Source: a virus
Taxonomy: Duplodnaviria; Caudoviricetes
Direction: 5' to 3' (one strand)
IMG/VR virus record: IMGVR_UViG_3300037461_001292
Span: 1 to 44,649 of that record
Length of the DNA: 44,649 nt
Shown here: positions 25,871 through 35,232 of the stretch, in pieces
Numbering within the stretch: position 1 is the first letter of the stretch
How the letters are laid out: each line of letters starts with the position of its first letter
Notes under the pieces: generated by a model
Database searches by the model: none
Seen by the model: the letters and a program-made list of their open reading frames with translations, nothing else
What the model was told of the DNA's origin: nothing
Made by a program: the position numbers and the translations under genes

Positions 25871-26603
25871 ACCATTAACCTCAATAATCTTTACCAGCTA
25901 CGACCAGACCCAGGTAATGCGGAACATTACCAAGACCTCGCTGGAGAGTATCTGTAAATATACGGACGATGAAGACTACGAGCTTATCTGGGTGGATACG
26001 GTTCCCCAGGGTGCGGAAGGTCTTTGGTTCAATAAGGCTTACCTGGACAATGTTTTCAAGTTCGGGGAGAGGGAGGACAGGATACTTATAAGGCAATACC
26101 TAAGCGAAATGAAAGACCCAGGCCAGTATGCCTGCTACAATATCGGGGCTAAAAAAGCTAAAGGCGATTACTTCTGTTTTTTCCAGAACGATGTCTTTGT
26201 CGGAGAAGATTGGCTTACCCACCTGAAATACCACCTGGACAAGAAACTTGCCGATGCCATAGTTCCCGACCAGTCACCCAGGGACAGGGCTTTCGTCAAG
26301 GAGTCCTATGCTACCAAATACGGGGAGGATAACCAGGGCAACAGGGACGCTGGGCTTCTGCTGATGACCAGGGAAATCTATGACAAGGTGGGCGGTTGGG
26401 ACGAAGCCATGCGTATCCACTACGGGGAAAAGATAATGTATTTCAAACTCGGCTCGGCAGGAACATTTATCCTTACCAGGAAAACCATGATACTCCACCT
26501 TGAACACGCAGGAGGCTGGGAAAAGCATAGCCTGGACAAAGCCAAATACGACCAGGATTGTGAAGTTTCAGGAGAACACTTGAGGATTTATGAAGGCAGA
26601 TAA
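25857..26603 (+). CDS. GT2-like glycosyltransferase
   Basis: TSIIF, YELIWVD, YNIGAKKAKGDYFCFFQND, VGGWDE. Confidence 0.85.
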   Translation: MFKNKPLTSIIFTSYDQTQVMRNITKTSLESICKYTDDEDYELIWVDTVPQGAEGLWFNKAYLDNVFKFGEREDRILIRQYLSEMKDPGQYACYNIGAKKAKGDYFCFFQNDVFVGEDWLTHLKYHLDKKLADAIVPDQSPRDRAFVKESYATKYGEDNQGNRDAGLLLMTREIYDKVGGWDEAMRIHYGEKIMYFKLGSAGTFILTRKTMILHLEHAGGWEKHSLDKAKYDQDCEVSGEHLRIYEGR

Positions 26604-27111
26604 AGACATCATTATCCATGAGAGTGCGGTAATCAAACGCCCTGACCTGGTGGTAATGGGAAACCATATCGCCATTGACCCGTTCTTCTATATGAGCACG
26701 GGCGGTAAACTCGGCAGTTATATCCACATCAGTTCCCATGTGTCGGTAATCGGGGGAGAACAGGGTTTGCTGGTAATGGAAGATTTCACCACCATAGCGG
26801 CAGGTTGCCGGATTGTCTGCGTATCCAACAACTTCGCAGACGGGTCTGGTTTCATCAACCCTTTCGTGGAGTTCAAATACAGGTCTAACCTGATAGGTAA
26901 TACTGTCATCATGCGGAAGCACTCGGCTTTGGGAACCAATGTGGTTGTCCACCCGACAGTCACTATCGGTGAGGGTTCGGTGGTCGGTTCCAATTCCCTT
27001 GTCCTCAAGTCAACCGAACCTTGGGGAATATACGCAGGAACTCCAGCAGTTAAAATAGGTGAAAGACCAAGGGAGGTGCTCTTAAAATATGAAAACGATT
27101 TCACAATGTGA
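26590..27111 (+). CDS. Left-handed beta-helix acyl/acetyltransferase
   Basis: Hexapeptide repeats, VTIGEGSVVGSNSLV, IYAGTPAVKIGER. Confidence 0.9.
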   Translation: MKADKDIIIHESAVIKRPDLVVMGNHIAIDPFFYMSTGGKLGSYIHISSHVSVIGGEQGLLVMEDFTTIAAGCRIVCVSNNFADGSGFINPFVEFKYRSNLIGNTVIMRKHSALGTNVVVHPTVTIGEGSVVGSNSLVLKSTEPWGIYAGTPAVKIGERPREVLLKYENDFTM

Positions 27112-28126
27112 ACCACTAATAGGTAAAGCTGAACGGGAAGCGGTAAACCGCTACATGGAAAGCGGTGGTTTTATCGTTGAATACCAGGAAACAGAGAAGC
27201 TCGAAAAGATGTTGGCAGAGTATCTTGATGTGCCGTTCGTATCAATGGTTCCTAACGGAACGATTGCCCTTTACCTTTGCCTAATGGCTACCGAGCTGAC
27301 AATGATTGACGAGGTATTGGTTCCTGATTACACCATGATTGCCACCCCCAATGCGGTGGTTATGGCTCACAAGCGGTTGAAGCTCGCCGATATTTACCCC
27401 TCCAGCCTTTGCCTGGATATGAAATCGGTTGACAGTTTTTACAGGATAAAGGCGGCAATTTATGTGGACATCAATGGCAGGGGTGGCGACCTGGAAGCGG
27501 TTGTTAAGTTCTGTAAACGCCAGGGGATTGTCCTGATTGAAGATGCCTGCCAAGCCTTCGGTTCAAAGCTGAACGGGAAGCACCTGGGAACTTTCGGCAG
27601 GTTCGGCTGTTTCTCCCTGAGCTTCCACAAGATAATCACCGCAGGGCAGGGGGGCTTTATCGTCACCCACAACCAGCGTGACTACAACACCATTGAAAGG
27701 CTCAAGGATTACGGCAGGCTGTCCGGCGGTGGCGACCACCACCCCTACATGGGATTTAACTTCAAATATACCGACCTGCAATCGGTGATTGCCATTGAAC
27801 AGCTGAAGACCATTGAAAAGCGGATAGCCAAGAAACGGAAGATTTACGAGTGGTATGTCGGGGAAAAACCCAGCAAGGACTATGTTCCCTGGTTTATAGA
27901 ATACAAGACCGACCACCGCAAGAGGTTGGTTGACAGGCTTACCGAGAAGGGAATTGGCTCACGCCCGTTCTATCCGCCTATCCACAGCCAGCCGATTTAT
28001 AAGGACTATCCCAAGTTCCCGATTGCCGAGCTGGTATCAAGGAAAGGGTTGTGGTTGCCCTCGGCTTTAACGCTTACTAAAAAAGATGTAGACTACATCA
28101 AGGAGGTATTAGATGAGAAACTTTAA
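27089..28126 (+). CDS. DegT/DnrJ/EryC1/StrS sugar aminotransferase (perosamine-synthase-like)
   Basis: NGTIAL, IEDACQAFGS, SLSFHKIITAGQGG with catalytic Lys, GFNFK, GLWLPS. Confidence 0.92.
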   Translation: MKTISQCEPLIGKAEREAVNRYMESGGFIVEYQETEKLEKMLAEYLDVPFVSMVPNGTIALYLCLMATELTMIDEVLVPDYTMIATPNAVVMAHKRLKLADIYPSSLCLDMKSVDSFYRIKAAIYVDINGRGGDLEAVVKFCKRQGIVLIEDACQAFGSKLNGKHLGTFGRFGCFSLSFHKIITAGQGGFIVTHNQRDYNTIERLKDYGRLSGGGDHHPYMGFNFKYTDLQSVIAIEQLKTIEKRIAKKRKIYEWYVGEKPSKDYVPWFIEYKTDHRKRLVDRLTEKGIGSRPFYPPIHSQPIYKDYPKFPIAELVSRKGLWLPSALTLTKKDVDYIKEVLDEKL

Positions 28127-28493
28127 GGATACCAGGGGTAAGTCCTGGTTTGACATTGTTCCCGATATGGACGGGCAGGTGGATATTACCGTTACCTACC
28201 CTGGCGGTATCAGGGCGTTCCACCACCATAATATCAAGACTGAGCTTTTCTTCGTGGTTGAGGGTGATTATAAGCTGGTGTTGTCTAGTGAGGTTACAGG
28301 CAATGAAATTGTCTATCTTTCCCAGGGTGACGATTACAGGATAAAGCCTGGGGTTTGGCATGGCTACCAGGTGCTTGGGAATAAGCCTGGTATAATCATG
28401 GAGTGGTCAAGCCATAAGCACGACCAGGACAATCCAGATGATGACAGGAAACCGTATAACGAGTTTGACGATTGGAAAAAGGAGAAGAAATGA
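28113..28493 (+). CDS. Cupin-fold NDP-sugar epimerase/isomerase (RmlC- or FdtA-like)
   Basis: FKDTRG, GIRAFHHH, IKPGVWHGY. Confidence 0.8.
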   Translation: MRNFKDTRGKSWFDIVPDMDGQVDITVTYPGGIRAFHHHNIKTELFFVVEGDYKLVLSSEVTGNEIVYLSQGDDYRIKPGVWHGYQVLGNKPGIIMEWSSHKHDQDNPDDDRKPYNEFDDWKKEKK

Positions 28494-29116
28494 GCGAGTC
28501 GTATTTTAACACCATAGATACGGGGGCGTTGTGCAGGGGCGGTGGGAACGGACCAGACCACCCTTCCCAGATAGAAGGAATGTCTTATGTCAAGGATGGG
28601 GAAAGTTTGCTTGATGTCGGGTGCGGTAGTGCTACCAGCCTGGAAGCCCTGTTAAAGCATTTTCCCGATAAGAAGGTTGACTATACTGGAGTTGATAAAG
28701 TTCCCCGCCATGTCGAGTGGTGTAGCCAGAACTTTCCTGCCCAGAAGTTCCAGGTAGAGGAAGGAACGAAGATGAGCTTTCCCGACAACTCCTTTGATGT
28801 TGTCTGGTCAAGGCATGTCGTTGACCACATGCCCTCTTTGGAAATGGCTCTGGACGAACACACCAGGATAGCCAGGAAACGGGTAATCTGTATCCTCTGG
28901 TTTTCTTGGACTACCACCAACGAACACCTGATTAAGAAAGTGGAGATGGGTGGGAAGCAGTATGAGGACGACTACCTGAACTGTTACAGCCTGGCAGCTA
29001 CTTTCAGGTATCTGGAAACCAAAAAGCCTGAGTGGGATTATAAAGTTATTATCGGGGTGGGATTTCCCCACAGCAGGCAGGATAGCCTGATAATTCTGGA
29101 AAGGACGGATAAGTGA
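28490..29116 (+). CDS. Class I SAM-dependent methyltransferase
   Basis: LLDVGCGS, YTGVD, FPDNSFDVVWSRHVVDH; start moved to ATG 28490. Confidence 0.9.
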   Translation: MSESYFNTIDTGALCRGGGNGPDHPSQIEGMSYVKDGESLLDVGCGSATSLEALLKHFPDKKVDYTGVDKVPRHVEWCSQNFPAQKFQVEEGTKMSFPDNSFDVVWSRHVVDHMPSLEMALDEHTRIARKRVICILWFSWTTTNEHLIKKVEMGGKQYEDDYLNCYSLAATFRYLETKKPEWDYKVIIGVGFPHSRQDSLIILERTDK

Positions 29117-29796
29117 AAATAACCGCCATAATCCTAGCCCACTTCAAGGAAAGGGAAAACAACCTGAAAAGGATTGTTGATGACCTTCTGGCTGGAACGG
29201 TGAAGCCTGACGAGATAGTGGTGTTTATTGATAACCAGGAGATAAACTTCACCGACAGCAGGGTTACGGTTGTCCGTTCTTCAAAGCTTTTTCTTCCCAG
29301 GGTACGCTTTGCTCTCGGCTCTTACTTTGACGGCGACTATTGTTTCTTTATAGATGACGACCTAAGTGTCAGGGAAAAAACCCTGGAGAACTTTGCCAAA
29401 CACGCCGAGGAACACCCTAACGCAATCCTGGGCTTGGAGGGAAGTATCCTTGGCGATACCCCGACCCCATACTCAAACGACACCTGCATTACCAGGGGCG
29501 GAAGGCTACTCCAGGTGGATATTGTCATCAGGACTTATTTTGTTCCTAGAATAGCAGTTGCCGTAGGGCTGGAGTTACAATCCATGTATCCCGATTTTCC
29601 CAGCGAGTCCTTAGATGATGTCTACCTTTGCTTGGGGAATAAATACCTGCACGGTGAAACTAACTGGGTAATCCCGATTGATAAAACTTCCGACCTTATT
29701 GAACTTGATGACGGCGGAGTGGGGCAATCAAGGGGCGGTGACCATTACAAGAACAGGAACCTGGTTTGCAGAAAGTTGAAGGATATTCATGAGTAG
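29113..29796 (+). CDS. GT-A fold glycosyltransferase (divergent GT2-like)
   Basis: ITAIIL, PDEIVVFID, YCFFIDDDL, DDVYL. Confidence 0.75.
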   Translation: MKITAIILAHFKERENNLKRIVDDLLAGTVKPDEIVVFIDNQEINFTDSRVTVVRSSKLFLPRVRFALGSYFDGDYCFFIDDDLSVREKTLENFAKHAEEHPNAILGLEGSILGDTPTPYSNDTCITRGGRLLQVDIVIRTYFVPRIAVAVGLELQSMYPDFPSESLDDVYLCLGNKYLHGETNWVIPIDKTSDLIELDDGGVGQSRGGDHYKNRNLVCRKLKDIHE

Positions 29797-30427
29797 ACCA
29801 TTCTTTACCAAAGCCGATTACCTGCCTGATGTTGTCTGTGACCTTGATGATTTCGCCCAGAACCCAGGCAATAACTGCATAGCCGACCTAATGGACTTGA
29901 AACTGAAATACCCGAAGTTCAAGGTGACTTTGTTTGCTATACCCTTTTTCCAGGGATATGATAACTCGCCTTTCTTCAAGATGATAAAAGAGAAGTTCGG
30001 GGATTGGATTGAACTGGCTATCCACGGGTTCAAGCATGACACCCCAGCCGAGTGTATGCATTGGAATTACAATACCGCCTACCGCCTGGCACTCCAGGCT
30101 TACGACATGGGCTGTTTCGTTAAGGGCTTCAAAGCCCCTGGCTGGCAGTTATCCAGGGAAGCCTACCAGGCACTTGATAAGCTTGGGTTCTGGGTAGCCG
30201 ACCACACTTCCTCGGAATACACCGAGAAAGGGGTCTTGAACAAAGACAGGCGACCTGAAACCCTGAAAGTTTATTCGGTGGAACACCCCTGGATTGTCCA
30301 CGGACACACCTGGAGTGTGGATAACCTTGACCCGCCTTACAGAAACGGAATAAGGCAGATTGTCGAGGAACACGGAGTACCCTGGGATACCAACAGCAAT
30401 TTTCACTTTATAAGCGAGGTTATATGA
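29789..30427 (+). CDS. Polysaccharide deacetylase (CE4/NodB-like)
   Basis: DLDD, VTLFAIP, ELAIHGFKH, FKAPGW, HGH. Confidence 0.82.
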   Translation: MSRPFFTKADYLPDVVCDLDDFAQNPGNNCIADLMDLKLKYPKFKVTLFAIPFFQGYDNSPFFKMIKEKFGDWIELAIHGFKHDTPAECMHWNYNTAYRLALQAYDMGCFVKGFKAPGWQLSREAYQALDKLGFWVADHTSSEYTEKGVLNKDRRPETLKVYSVEHPWIVHGHTWSVDNLDPPYRNGIRQIVEEHGVPWDTNSNFHFISEVI

Positions 30428-31353
30428 TAAACAACACTTTCGTTTTTAATCCCGTCAGGACTAACTTTATCCGCCCAGCCATTGAAACCCTCTACAAATA
30501 CACAGAAATGGGCGGAAACAGGGTTGTTGTGGTTGACCAGACGCTTGACGGAATTGGCAAGATTGACGGGGTGCATTTGGTAATCAAGCCCCACCGCAAC
30601 CTTGGGTTCGCCAAATCCATGAACGAGGGGATAATCCACGGCAGGCATTGGGGCAGTAAATACATTACCTGCTGTAATGACGACATCGAGTTCATCAACA
30701 AACGCTGGTGGGATGGGATACTGGAAACCTTCAACCAAGACGAAAAGATACTGGCAGTCAACCCGATGTCACCGAGGGAACCTGGGTGGGGTTACGGGCT
30801 TGAGCACGGGAAGTATATTGACCTGATTGACTACAAAGAAACCTATACCGAGGAAGACTATGATTACCTACTGGAAGGCGATTTTAGTGCCATACAGGGG
30901 CTTCCAGATACCTTCCCTAAGAAGAAGGTTGGGGTGATAGACGCTATCGCTACCTGGTGCACGGTCTTTAAGCGTGAGTTCTTTGATAAGTTCGGAATGT
31001 ATGATGAGAGGTTTTACCCAGGAGGTTCTGAAGATTATGACTTGGATGCTAGATGTTATTCTTGTGCTTGGCCGGAATGGAGAGATGAATGTAATCCAGA
31101 ATACCATTCTCGTATGGTCGGAACCACCCGTTCCTGGGTTTGGCATCATTGGGGGTCCTCAAAGGACAAGCAGGGTGAGCTTGGAAAAGGCTTACCGATA
31201 ATTGATGAACTGCGGTGGAATAATACTGATGAGATATGGAAACCAGAATTGAATGAGGGTACAAAATACGACCCATGGGGTCATTACCATGATAAAAATG
31301 GCATAAGGAAACCATCAAAAAGAATTAAGGAGGTGACGGTAATTGACATATAA
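30424..31353 (+). CDS. GT2-like glycosyltransferase
   Basis: VVVVD, NLGFAKSMNEGI, CCNDD, YDERFYPGGSEDYD. Confidence 0.88.
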   Translation: MINNTFVFNPVRTNFIRPAIETLYKYTEMGGNRVVVVDQTLDGIGKIDGVHLVIKPHRNLGFAKSMNEGIIHGRHWGSKYITCCNDDIEFINKRWWDGILETFNQDEKILAVNPMSPREPGWGYGLEHGKYIDLIDYKETYTEEDYDYLLEGDFSAIQGLPDTFPKKKVGVIDAIATWCTVFKREFFDKFGMYDERFYPGGSEDYDLDARCYSCAWPEWRDECNPEYHSRMVGTTRSWVWHHWGSSKDKQGELGKGLPIIDELRWNNTDEIWKPELNEGTKYDPWGHYHDKNGIRKPSKRIKEVTVIDI

Positions 31354-31930
31354 ACATACTATAGAAGCGAAGAAAAAAATTAGTGAGAACAATGCTAGAT
31401 ATTGGCTTGGTAAGAAAAGAAGTAAAGAAACGATAGAAAAAGTCAGGTTAGCCAATACTGGTAGAGTTTACAAAAATAGAAGAAGACCAAACTTTAATAA
31501 ACCAAATATAGGGTGGTTTAGAAAAGGTTTATTACCATGGAATAAGGGAACTAAAGGTCTAGTTAAGCGAAACTCTGGGTGCTTTACTAGTAAAAGAATG
31601 TCTGGAAAAAATAATCCAAGTTGGAAGGGCGGAATTACTCCATTTATGCACTTACTTAGGAAATCAGATGCTTATAAATTATGGAGAAAATCTGTATTGA
31701 GTAGGTGTAATTACACTTGCTACGATTGTGGAGTAAGAGGCGGAAAATTGGAGGCACATCATATTATGTCATTTAGAAAGTATCCGTTATTAAGGTTTAG
31801 TGTAGAAAATGGTGTAGCTTTATGTGTCAGTTGCCATGCTAAAATAAAAAGACCAGACAAGGAAATTGAATGGTTTAACAATTATGTTGATAAGCGACTT
31901 GAGTTTGGTATTCATGTCGTTGACATATAG
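31343..31930 (+). CDS. Free-standing NUMOD3-HNH homing endonuclease
   Basis: HTIEAKKKIS and GKKRSKETIEKVR NUMOD3 repeats, GKNNPSWKGG, CYDC...LEAHH...NGVALCVSCH; AT-rich; TTG start behind AAGGAGGTG. Confidence 0.9.
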   Translation: MTYKHTIEAKKKISENNARYWLGKKRSKETIEKVRLANTGRVYKNRRRPNFNKPNIGWFRKGLLPWNKGTKGLVKRNSGCFTSKRMSGKNNPSWKGGITPFMHLLRKSDAYKLWRKSVLSRCNYTCYDCGVRGGKLEAHHIMSFRKYPLLRFSVENGVALCVSCHAKIKRPDKEIEWFNNYVDKRLEFGIHVVDI

Positions 31931-31933
31931 GGT

Positions 31934-31981
31934 ACTGTGGGGGTGAGGTTCGCTTCGGCGTCTCCGCCTCGCCCTCACAGT
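31934..31981 (+). terminator. Long GC hairpin with a cUUCGg cap ending the glycosylation operon
   Basis: actgtgggggtgagg/cctcgccctcacagt (2 G-U pairs) enclosing cgc-TTCG-gcg; short T-run follows. Confidence 0.6.
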
Positions 31982-32029
31982 TTCCTCTATGTCTTGTATT
32001 TTCCATTTGCTAAGTGTTAAACTTAAAGC

Positions 32030-33271
32030 ATGTGGAAAAAGAACCCACGCTTGGGCATTTACTTTACCAGTAAAACCGATACCGCTTCCGTTCCTAAAGG
32101 GGAACTTTGCTATGCCAATAACCCAGACAGCCTGTTTAGAAAATACAGGCATTTAGTTACCGAGTTTGCCAATCACGGGGCTGGAGCTGATTTTCTTCAC
32201 CTTCCCAGAGAGGAATATCACCTTATCCTTCCCAACGGCTTCCAGCTCCGTGAGGGCAACAACTACTACCTTGAAGTAACTACCAGACCTGTATTGGCTT
32301 ACAGGCTTTATCCGGCTTTAGTTGGTCTGGATAACTGCCTGGAGTATATCGAGTCTGCTGAAGATGCCATGAAGTTCCTGTTTTCGGCAACGGGAGTATC
32401 AAGAGAGATACACCCGCTTGAGTATGCTTTCATGGCTGACAGCTCTACCTTCAACCCCAATGCCAACCCTGAAACTACCTCGGTTGACGGATATGTTTAT
32501 GCTTCCAATGAAAATTGGAATACATTAAGGTCTGCTTCATCCGGTAATGCTTTAGATAGCGGTACTACCTTTGGGACTTATTCAGGTATTAAAAGCAGTA
32601 TTTATAATATAGCCAGGGGATTTACCCTGTTCGATACCTCGGCTTTGGGAAGCAGTGTCGGGATAACCAGTTCCACTATCGCTTTATACGCTGAAGCCAA
32701 CCCACAGGGATATGTTTGTTTGGTTACTTCCACCCCTGCCTCAAATACTGGACTGATAAGTGATGATTTCGACCAGGTAGGTTCAAGCGAAATGGCAGAC
32801 AGGGTTTTGATGGGAGGTATCGAAGGAACTAAGACCTGGACTTTAAGCACTACAGGCATGGCACAGATTAGTAAAACAGGGATAACCAAGTTCGGGTTCA
32901 GGTTTGAAAAAGATTTTGACAATGTCGCACCCACGACTGATACAAGTTCCGAGCCAAGGTTCAGGGCTGCTGATTATGGTTCAAGCAAACCTACCTTGAC
33001 AGTAAATTACACCACCACCTCTACCTCAACCACCACCACCTCTACCTCTACCTCAACAACCACCTCAAGTTCTACCTCAAGTTCTACAACCACCACCTCT
33101 ACCTCAACTACTACTACCATAACAACCTCTACCTCAACTTCAACCACCACTACCTCAACCTCAACAAGTACCACCACCACCTCAACTTCAACCACCACTA
33201 CTTCTACTTCTTCCTCGACTACCACCGTTACCGTACCCCGTGAGTTTGTTATAGACAACCCAGCTTCATAG
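32030..33271 (+). CDS. Putative virion protein: beta-sandwich (DNRLRE-like) domain plus Ser/Thr tract
   Basis: ARGFTLFDTS...ITSSTIALY...KPTLTVNY followed by ~73 S/T residues. Confidence 0.8.
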   Translation: MWKKNPRLGIYFTSKTDTASVPKGELCYANNPDSLFRKYRHLVTEFANHGAGADFLHLPREEYHLILPNGFQLREGNNYYLEVTTRPVLAYRLYPALVGLDNCLEYIESAEDAMKFLFSATGVSREIHPLEYAFMADSSTFNPNANPETTSVDGYVYASNENWNTLRSASSGNALDSGTTFGTYSGIKSSIYNIARGFTLFDTSALGSSVGITSSTIALYAEANPQGYVCLVTSTPASNTGLISDDFDQVGSSEMADRVLMGGIEGTKTWTLSTTGMAQISKTGITKFGFRFEKDFDNVAPTTDTSSEPRFRAADYGSSKPTLTVNYTTTSTSTTTTSTSTSTTTSSSTSSSTTTTSTSTTTTITTSTSTSTTTTSTSTSTTTTSTSTTTTSTSSSTTTVTVPREFVIDNPAS

Positions 33272-33338
33272 TTGCCTTAGTTCCCCTAAAAGTGGTTAAA
33301 TAGAGTTGGAGACGCATTAAGCGTCTTTTTTATTAACT

Positions 33339-35231
33339 ATGGATTACACCAAACTAAACAACACCTACTTCGCCACACCTAAAGACGACCCAAAAGACCG
33401 TATTCAAGTCGAGGTGGGCGATAGCAAGGAGTTGACCTTCAAGCCCCAAGTTAAGGTGATGCGGTGGGATAACGAGTGTAATGTGTCAATTAGGTTGGTT
33501 AGTGACGACCTCAAAGACAAGAAACCCAAACTTGAAGACGGCAAGATTAAAGTCAAAGGAGATAAAACCGAAGCTCACTTTTACGAGATAACCGAAGGTG
33601 AGGGGGGAACGGAGTTTGAGGTAATCCTAAAGGAAAAGCCCGATACCAATATCCTTTCTTTTACCCTTGAAGATAAAGATGTCAGCTACTTCTACCAGCC
33701 AGCCCTTACCCAAGAAGAAATAGATGAGGGTGCAAAAAGACCTGAAAATGTAGAGGGAAGTTATGCGGTATATGCCAAAACCCCAAAGACCAACTGGACA
33801 GGGGGAAAAGAATACAAAGTTGGTAAAGTCGGACACATCTACCGCCCGAAGATAATTGACTCTGTGGGAAAAGAGGTTTGGGGAGAGCTTCACATAGAAA
33901 ACAAGGTTTTAACAGTTATCATTCCGCAGGAGTTTCTTGATAGTGCGATTTATCCGATAAGACATGCTGCGGGGTTGACGTTTGGATATACAACAATAGG
34001 GGGAAGTAATGGCTATGTTTGGTTCAGTAGTGCATGTCAAGGTTCTGTATTTGCGGGAGCGGCGGGTACTGGAAACAGTATGACCGTTTATTGTCAACGC
34101 ACAGGAAGTGGTTCACCGAATACAACTGTTACTATGTGCCTATATGATAGTAGTAGAAACAAAGTAACTAATGGACAAACGCAAACATCCTCATCTGGGA
34201 TTGATGCTTCGCCTGCATGGATGACATTAAATTTTATTTCGTCTCCCACCTTGACCGCTCAAGATTATTGGCTTGTAGGTTCTAATTCAGGGAGCGGACC
34301 TCCTTTTGGGGGATATGCACAGGTTTGGCATGATACTGGAAGCACAAATCAATACAATACTACATCAATGACTTATCCAACATTTCCTAGTTCGGTAAAT
34401 GCTGGAAGTCAGGTATATAAATACTCCATCTACGCCACCTATACGGCGGGGGGGACAACCACCTCCACCTCTACTACCACCTCAACATCTACCAGTACCA
34501 CAACTACCTCTACTTCCTCAAGTACCTCAACCACAACTACTTCTACATCAAGTAGCACTTCCAGCTCTACCTCAACAACTACAACCTCAACAACTACAAC
34601 CTCAACTTCTACAACTACCTCAACTTCAACGACCACCACTTCGACATCTTCTAGTACCTCAACTTCAACTACGACAACTTCCACCAGCACCTCAACTTCA
34701 AGCTCTACCTCAACCACCACCACCAGCACCTCAAGTTCTACGAGTACCTCAACTACCACTACTTCAACTTCCTCATCTACAAGTAGTTCAACCTCAACCA
34801 CCACAACTTCCACAAGTTCCTCAACTTCAACCAGCACCACTACCACAACTACCCTAAACCAAACCGAGGGGGGAATGGCTTTCGGTGAGGAAAATCCTAC
34901 CGAAGGGGAAACTCCAAGTAGCTGGGCTTTGTGGAGTGATGGGGCAGGGGGAAACCCTACAATTATCGGAGATGCTGATTGGGGAAAACTGGAAATAGAC
35001 ATCAACGAGCAAGGCAGGAGCAGGGTTTACGATTTGGGTAGTGCTTCGGATAGGACACACAGCCTTACCAGAAACCGTTACGGAACTGGTCAGGGAACTT
35101 CCACTTTACAGATAAGGGGAAGTGATACATTGTTTGCTCAAGATGATGAATTACCAGAGTGGGTTAATTATTCAGCACCTACTTCCCAAAACTGGAGGTA
35201 TGTGCAGGTAAGGGAGATAAAGACAGGATAA
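33339..35231 (+). CDS. Multi-domain mucin-like putative virion protein
   Basis: Two N-terminal globular regions, 133-codon S/T tract (34455-34853), C-terminal domain shared with 38138..39595. Confidence 0.85.
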   Translation: MDYTKLNNTYFATPKDDPKDRIQVEVGDSKELTFKPQVKVMRWDNECNVSIRLVSDDLKDKKPKLEDGKIKVKGDKTEAHFYEITEGEGGTEFEVILKEKPDTNILSFTLEDKDVSYFYQPALTQEEIDEGAKRPENVEGSYAVYAKTPKTNWTGGKEYKVGKVGHIYRPKIIDSVGKEVWGELHIENKVLTVIIPQEFLDSAIYPIRHAAGLTFGYTTIGGSNGYVWFSSACQGSVFAGAAGTGNSMTVYCQRTGSGSPNTTVTMCLYDSSRNKVTNGQTQTSSSGIDASPAWMTLNFISSPTLTAQDYWLVGSNSGSGPPFGGYAQVWHDTGSTNQYNTTSMTYPTFPSSVNAGSQVYKYSIYATYTAGGTTTSTSTTTSTSTSTTTTSTSSSTSTTTTSTSSSTSSSTSTTTTSTTTTSTSTTTSTSTTTTSTSSSTSTSTTTTSTSTSTSSSTSTTTTSTSSSTSTSTTTTSTSSSTSSSTSTTTTSTSSSTSTSTTTTTTLNQTEGGMAFGEENPTEGETPSSWALWSDGAGGNPTIIGDADWGKLEIDINEQGRSRVYDLGSASDRTHSLTRNRYGTGQGTSTLQIRGSDTLFAQDDELPEWVNYSAPTSQNWRYVQVREIKTG

Positions 35232-35232
35232 T

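Noticed and set aside
16467-31353. Host O-antigen/capsule locus or chimeric assembly
   Set aside because: No flippase, polymerase or priming transferase; genes are short, tightly overlapped, match phage codon style and are embedded between capsid and adaptor genes. Read-level confirmation is still advisable
16467-31353. DNA hypermodification (T4-like glucosylation) cluster
   Set aside because: No hydroxymethylase, Tet/JBP, thymidylate-synthase-like or nucleotide kinase gene in the window; location among virion genes and apparent restriction-site avoidance favour protein targets. Not fully excluded
31343-31981. Group I intron around the HNH gene
   Set aside because: The upstream GT has a complete C-terminus and stop; there is no room or recognisable P7 core, and no downstream exon
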